A DNA stretch of 64,000 nucleotides from Antedon mediterranea. Its lineage: Eukaryota > Animalia > Echinodermata. The stretch is from the NCBI RefSeq assembly GCF_964355755.1, contig NC_092675.1, forward strand, positions 18,634,912 to 18,698,911. The letters are read 5' to 3'. Positions 59,897 through 64,000 of this stretch are shown here, piece by piece. The notes below the pieces were generated by a model. That model made no database searches. It saw nothing but the letters and a program-made list of their open reading frames with translations, and was not told the origin of the DNA. The position numbers were made by a program, and so were the translations under genes. Position 1 is the stretch's first letter, and every line of letters starts with the position of its first letter.

Positions 59897-62800
59897 AGAC
59901 AGATTAGGTAGACTCACAACAGTCAAAAACACGAACATGCATTACGCTACACGTTATATTACAGATGTTCATTCGACTATTTTAATGATAATTAATCATT
60001 CTGATGTATAGTATTATGTAAAAATGTGTTATATATATATTTCAAATCATATCAAGCTGGTAAGAAATATTATTTATGTTATTATGAAAGTGCAATATAA
60101 ACATTACGTTTACCATTAACTATTGTTATAGACTTTTAACAATCATACACAAAAATTGTTTCAAATAATGTAAAATAGAAACCACCATTTTAGAAAGATT
60201 ATAGTAGAAACGCATTAATGAACAGTACACGGAGTACTACAACCACCACACACACATTACTAATCATAATTCGTATTACGATCTACCGTACCATTTATTA
60301 AAATGTCCTAATTGAATTTGATTACAGTGGTCGGAATTTTTAATGGTCATCCCATTACAGTATGAAACGACAATGGCAACGAGAGGCCTAATATAGTTCA
60401 ACTTTGATCTTTAAGATCGCTTAAAAATTGTTTGATCGTAGGACACATTTATGATATGATAATACAATAATAATACATAATTCAATGTTGTGTTTAAAAA
60501 TTCACGATTATATGTTTTCTTTTTGTTTTCTTTTTTTTTATTTAGGCCTATAAATTTGATCAGAATAAATTATAAACATTGTAAACTTAAATAAAAAATA
60601 ATGGGAGGGCTAAAAAAATAGTCAGAACTAATCAAGTTCAGTCCTTAAACATTGAAAAATATGCTTAAATATAAATTTAAATAATTCAATAATTAAGACT
60701 ATTTGACTGACAATATTCATGTTAGTTATTCTCTAAACTCTATGGTCCTTAACTTGGAAACCTTATTCCTTGATAAGTACTGTTGACATACAGTACGCAT
60801 CGTCATACACAAGCACGTGATGGCTTTGTGTAGTTTTTTTATTTATTCAAATCGATGTCATGCCTACAGTGACCATAAACACAATGGTATCGCGTCTTCT
60901 ACAGCTTCCTGTACAGTAGATGCTGGTACGGTTATATTGTCGTCTGAAGATACGGATACTACTGCTGTTGCTGCAAGAATCTACAGCGAGCCCAAAAGTT
61001 CCAGATTATTTTTTGAAAGAAGAGCATTCCAAAAGAAACTGTAAACGTCAGAAATTACCACATATGTTGTTATCTTTATACTAAATCAAATCGCAGTAAG
61101 GCAAGGTTATTTGTTAACTTATTTAATCTGTATTAAGAAATACTATAGCTGCTGATGTAAATCACGCAGCTGAAAAAAGGTAATAATACTTCTGTCGAAT
61201 AATATTTAAGATAGGTTTAATAATGAAAAACACCATTAATCACGAAAGAAGCTGCAGCTAAATGGTAAATTTGTGTTGTTTACTACGTAATTTTTGACAT
61301 TTTTACGAAAGAACAGGAGGTTTTCTTTATAAAGAATTGAATGTGTGATTAGGGTATATGGCGTTGAGGATACATCATGTTCTTTTGAAATCTCAACTCT
61401 TAACCTTGTTTCTTTATTCTATAAATAAAAGAATCCTATATTCTATATTGTCTTTCCTATTTTGTCTGTGTTACATGATCATATAATTGCTCTTTAATGC
61501 GTTTCATTGTGATAAACATGTTTCTAATCAAAAAGTTTAAGCTTGTTTCACAAGGGCATATGCGTAACGTAAGTAATTTGACGTGAAGCTTGATTACCAC
61601 TACGCAACGCAACGACGTAATTGGACCAAACACAACCCATATTTTTTAACCGTCGCTTAGGATTGGGCAACTCGCTTGCGTTACGCCTACGTCCTTGTCT
61701 TTCGTCCTAGTAAAATTTTGCTTGTGACTGGTAAACTAACTTGCGTTATCGGTACGCGTATTCATATGGCTGCGTCCAAGTGTGGGATAGCAGTTTAGAG
61801 TTATCTAGTGCACTTAGAGTGGGAATATAATTGTTAAAGAAGTCGAAGATTTTCTTTCTATGAAAAATGTTTAAAAAAGTATTTAACACTCCAAACCAAT
61901 AAGGTCACATACATTTTTATTCTATTGGATAACAGGTTTCAATACGCATGAATTGAAATGACAGTTTTACGTACACACTCACGTTATAGTAGCTGTTGTC
62001 ATGATTCGGTTACTATTTATGATCTATTCAGCATCACCCATGGGGTACGATCTCACGCCATAAGTCAGAATAAAATATAACTAAAGCACAGGTGTTGTAA
62101 AATAATACTTCCTTCATATGTACAGGAAAATCTTTTTTTTTTTACAATTTTTTTCTACAGTCTTGACATAAAAAAGTCATCAAAATAATATTTGCTTTGT
62201 GATATGATATGCGTATGTTCCAGATTATTATTGTGTACAATGTTACCATTGACAGTTCACCAATTTTGATATGTTTTGTAGTAATTCCATTTGGCACCAT
62301 TACTTTCCAACTGTTTGGTTTTCCTATTTAAATTGTGTATATATATACATGTATACATATTATGGAACCTCCTTATTTTTCCAATTTATTCTGTGCTGCA
62401 GAATATTCGTAAATATATAAACAATTTATCCCCAATTCAGACCTAACTGTCGAGGTGTTCATTTATGGAATCAAGTTTCTTCCTATAACAGGTTTCAAGT
62501 CATCTCAAAAGGATCAAGTTTATGCATAGTTTCTTTTGAAGAAATCTCTGATAAATCAAAATTACGTGATGCATAATTCCTTCTATTGTTTACTTAATTT
62601 AAGTTATGTTTTAATGTTACCTTTGTTTTCAATTTACTTACAACCATTGATTAAGTTTTTTTGTGAATAGTATTTGAATATTGCTTTATACAGTAAATAT
62701 TTCATGGAGCAATACATGAACATGAAAATGCATGAAATGAAAAAGCACAAAATAATCCTGCTTTGATATAATATTGTCATTTCAAATTCTAGAAACAACA

Positions 62801-63600
62801 TCTAGTCCATTTAAATATATCTCTTGAATATCTCCACTTTATTTATTTCGGTATAAAAAATATAAAATACATAGCGGTAAATGAGCTAAAATGCTTGCAT
62901 TACAAATAAGACAAGACAGCTAACAAATTCATACAAAGAATCACGACAAACAGAATTTACAAAGTACTTTATATTGCACAAGTGGTATGGTTATGCATTG
63001 ATTATATTGGTATCTACATTAGCTGTATGTTACATAAACGAATCGATACAGAAATGTGGCATGATGCTCACAATAATGTAATGCGATAACATGATGTTTG
63101 TACTTATACAGTTTAAGTAACAATGCATATTAATACTATAAAAATTAATAGTATAATATAACTATTCATTATTATTATATTATAATCTTAGTAATCTTTA
63201 TGAATTTGAATTTACGCAATTCAATAAAAAGTAGTGCAATAGTCATATATATATTCATCAATTCCGCAGCGGCTTTGGATCAAAGGAGAAAAAAGTAAGA
63301 TGTTGGATAAAAATAAAAGAGATATGTAAAGACGTACGATTTGGCATTTAAGTGAGTTTATAAGCAACAGAACATTATACAAATGAAATAAGGCCGTAGT
63401 ATTTTTTAAAATTTATTTCCATATAGAGTTTGTCATTTTATCAAAGATTTTGATTCAAGAAGTAATGGAATACATTTACTTTGGGTTTATTCCTTACAAC
63501 GTGTCGTTAAGTATGCATCACGTACCATTGAAACTGAACAGAGTTCTATTGAATCCGTTTTTGAAAATCGATTAATTAAGTTAATTTGTTAATTTATAAT

Positions 63601-63865
63601 TAACACATTCTATATTCAACTCATCCCATGCATAATGTATTTGAGGTGTTACGTAGCTTTAGACGTTACCATCATCTCTTGTACAAATAGGTTTCGTAAC
63701 AGCTTTTATCCAGCTGCCATTCGGGCACTGAATACGTATACCGTACGAGAGTGATGTGACACTTTGTAATTGTTTTTGTTAGTTTTTCAATTATCTGTTT
63801 TTGTATATCTCAGAGCAAACGTAATTCAATCTATATATATTTTATATGAAAATGGCAATAAATGG
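63601..63865 (+). mobile_element. 3' remnant of a Rex1/Babar-like LINE
   Basis: THPMHNVFEVLRSFRRY then (frameshifted) CTNRFRNSFYPAAIRALN, T-rich 3' UTR and caataaa. Confidence 0.75.
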
Positions 63866-64000
63866 AAGTAATTTTCCACTGAATGAATAAATAAACCTCA
63901 AAATAAACCCTAGTATTCCATTTAAATACTTCTTTGATTAAAATACATTAAAACATAACATTTTAGAAATTAAATTATTGTTATATCACATGCATTTAAT

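Overview
AT-rich, intron-containing eukaryotic (invertebrate animal) genomic DNA; an echinoderm-like marine deuterostome is my inference only. Three spliced genes can be reconstructed with consistent GT-AG phases. (1) A tandem-C2 synaptotagmin-15-like gene (+, 5 coding exons, 2479-7427, ~411 aa) whose apparent N-terminus is MGQCCCC with no transmembrane helix. (2) Mitochondrial 3-hydroxyacyl-CoA dehydrogenase HADH (-, 8 exons, 12119-20742, 312 aa). (3) A rhodopsin-family RFamide-type neuropeptide GPCR (+, 4 coding exons, 44546-47437, ~366 aa). The rest is intron/intergenic DNA dense in transposon remains: CR1-group, RTE and Rex1 LINE fragments, PIF/Harbinger-, Kolobok-, pogo- and Sola-like MITEs, a Helentron-type HINE, a tRNA-SINE and a minisatellite. 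The most striking locus is 48.5-55.2 kb. A perfect-cloverleaf tRNA-like gene with an atypical ATC anticodon lies beside a full-length Penelope-like retroelement (RT + GIY-YIG) that has an inverted pseudo-LTR, a variant hammerhead-ribozyme-like motif in both pLTR copies and a 12-bp TSD. Its RT is split by a 3.3-kb non-coding TIR element with a TATA TSD, which itself contains a Kolobok-type MITE.
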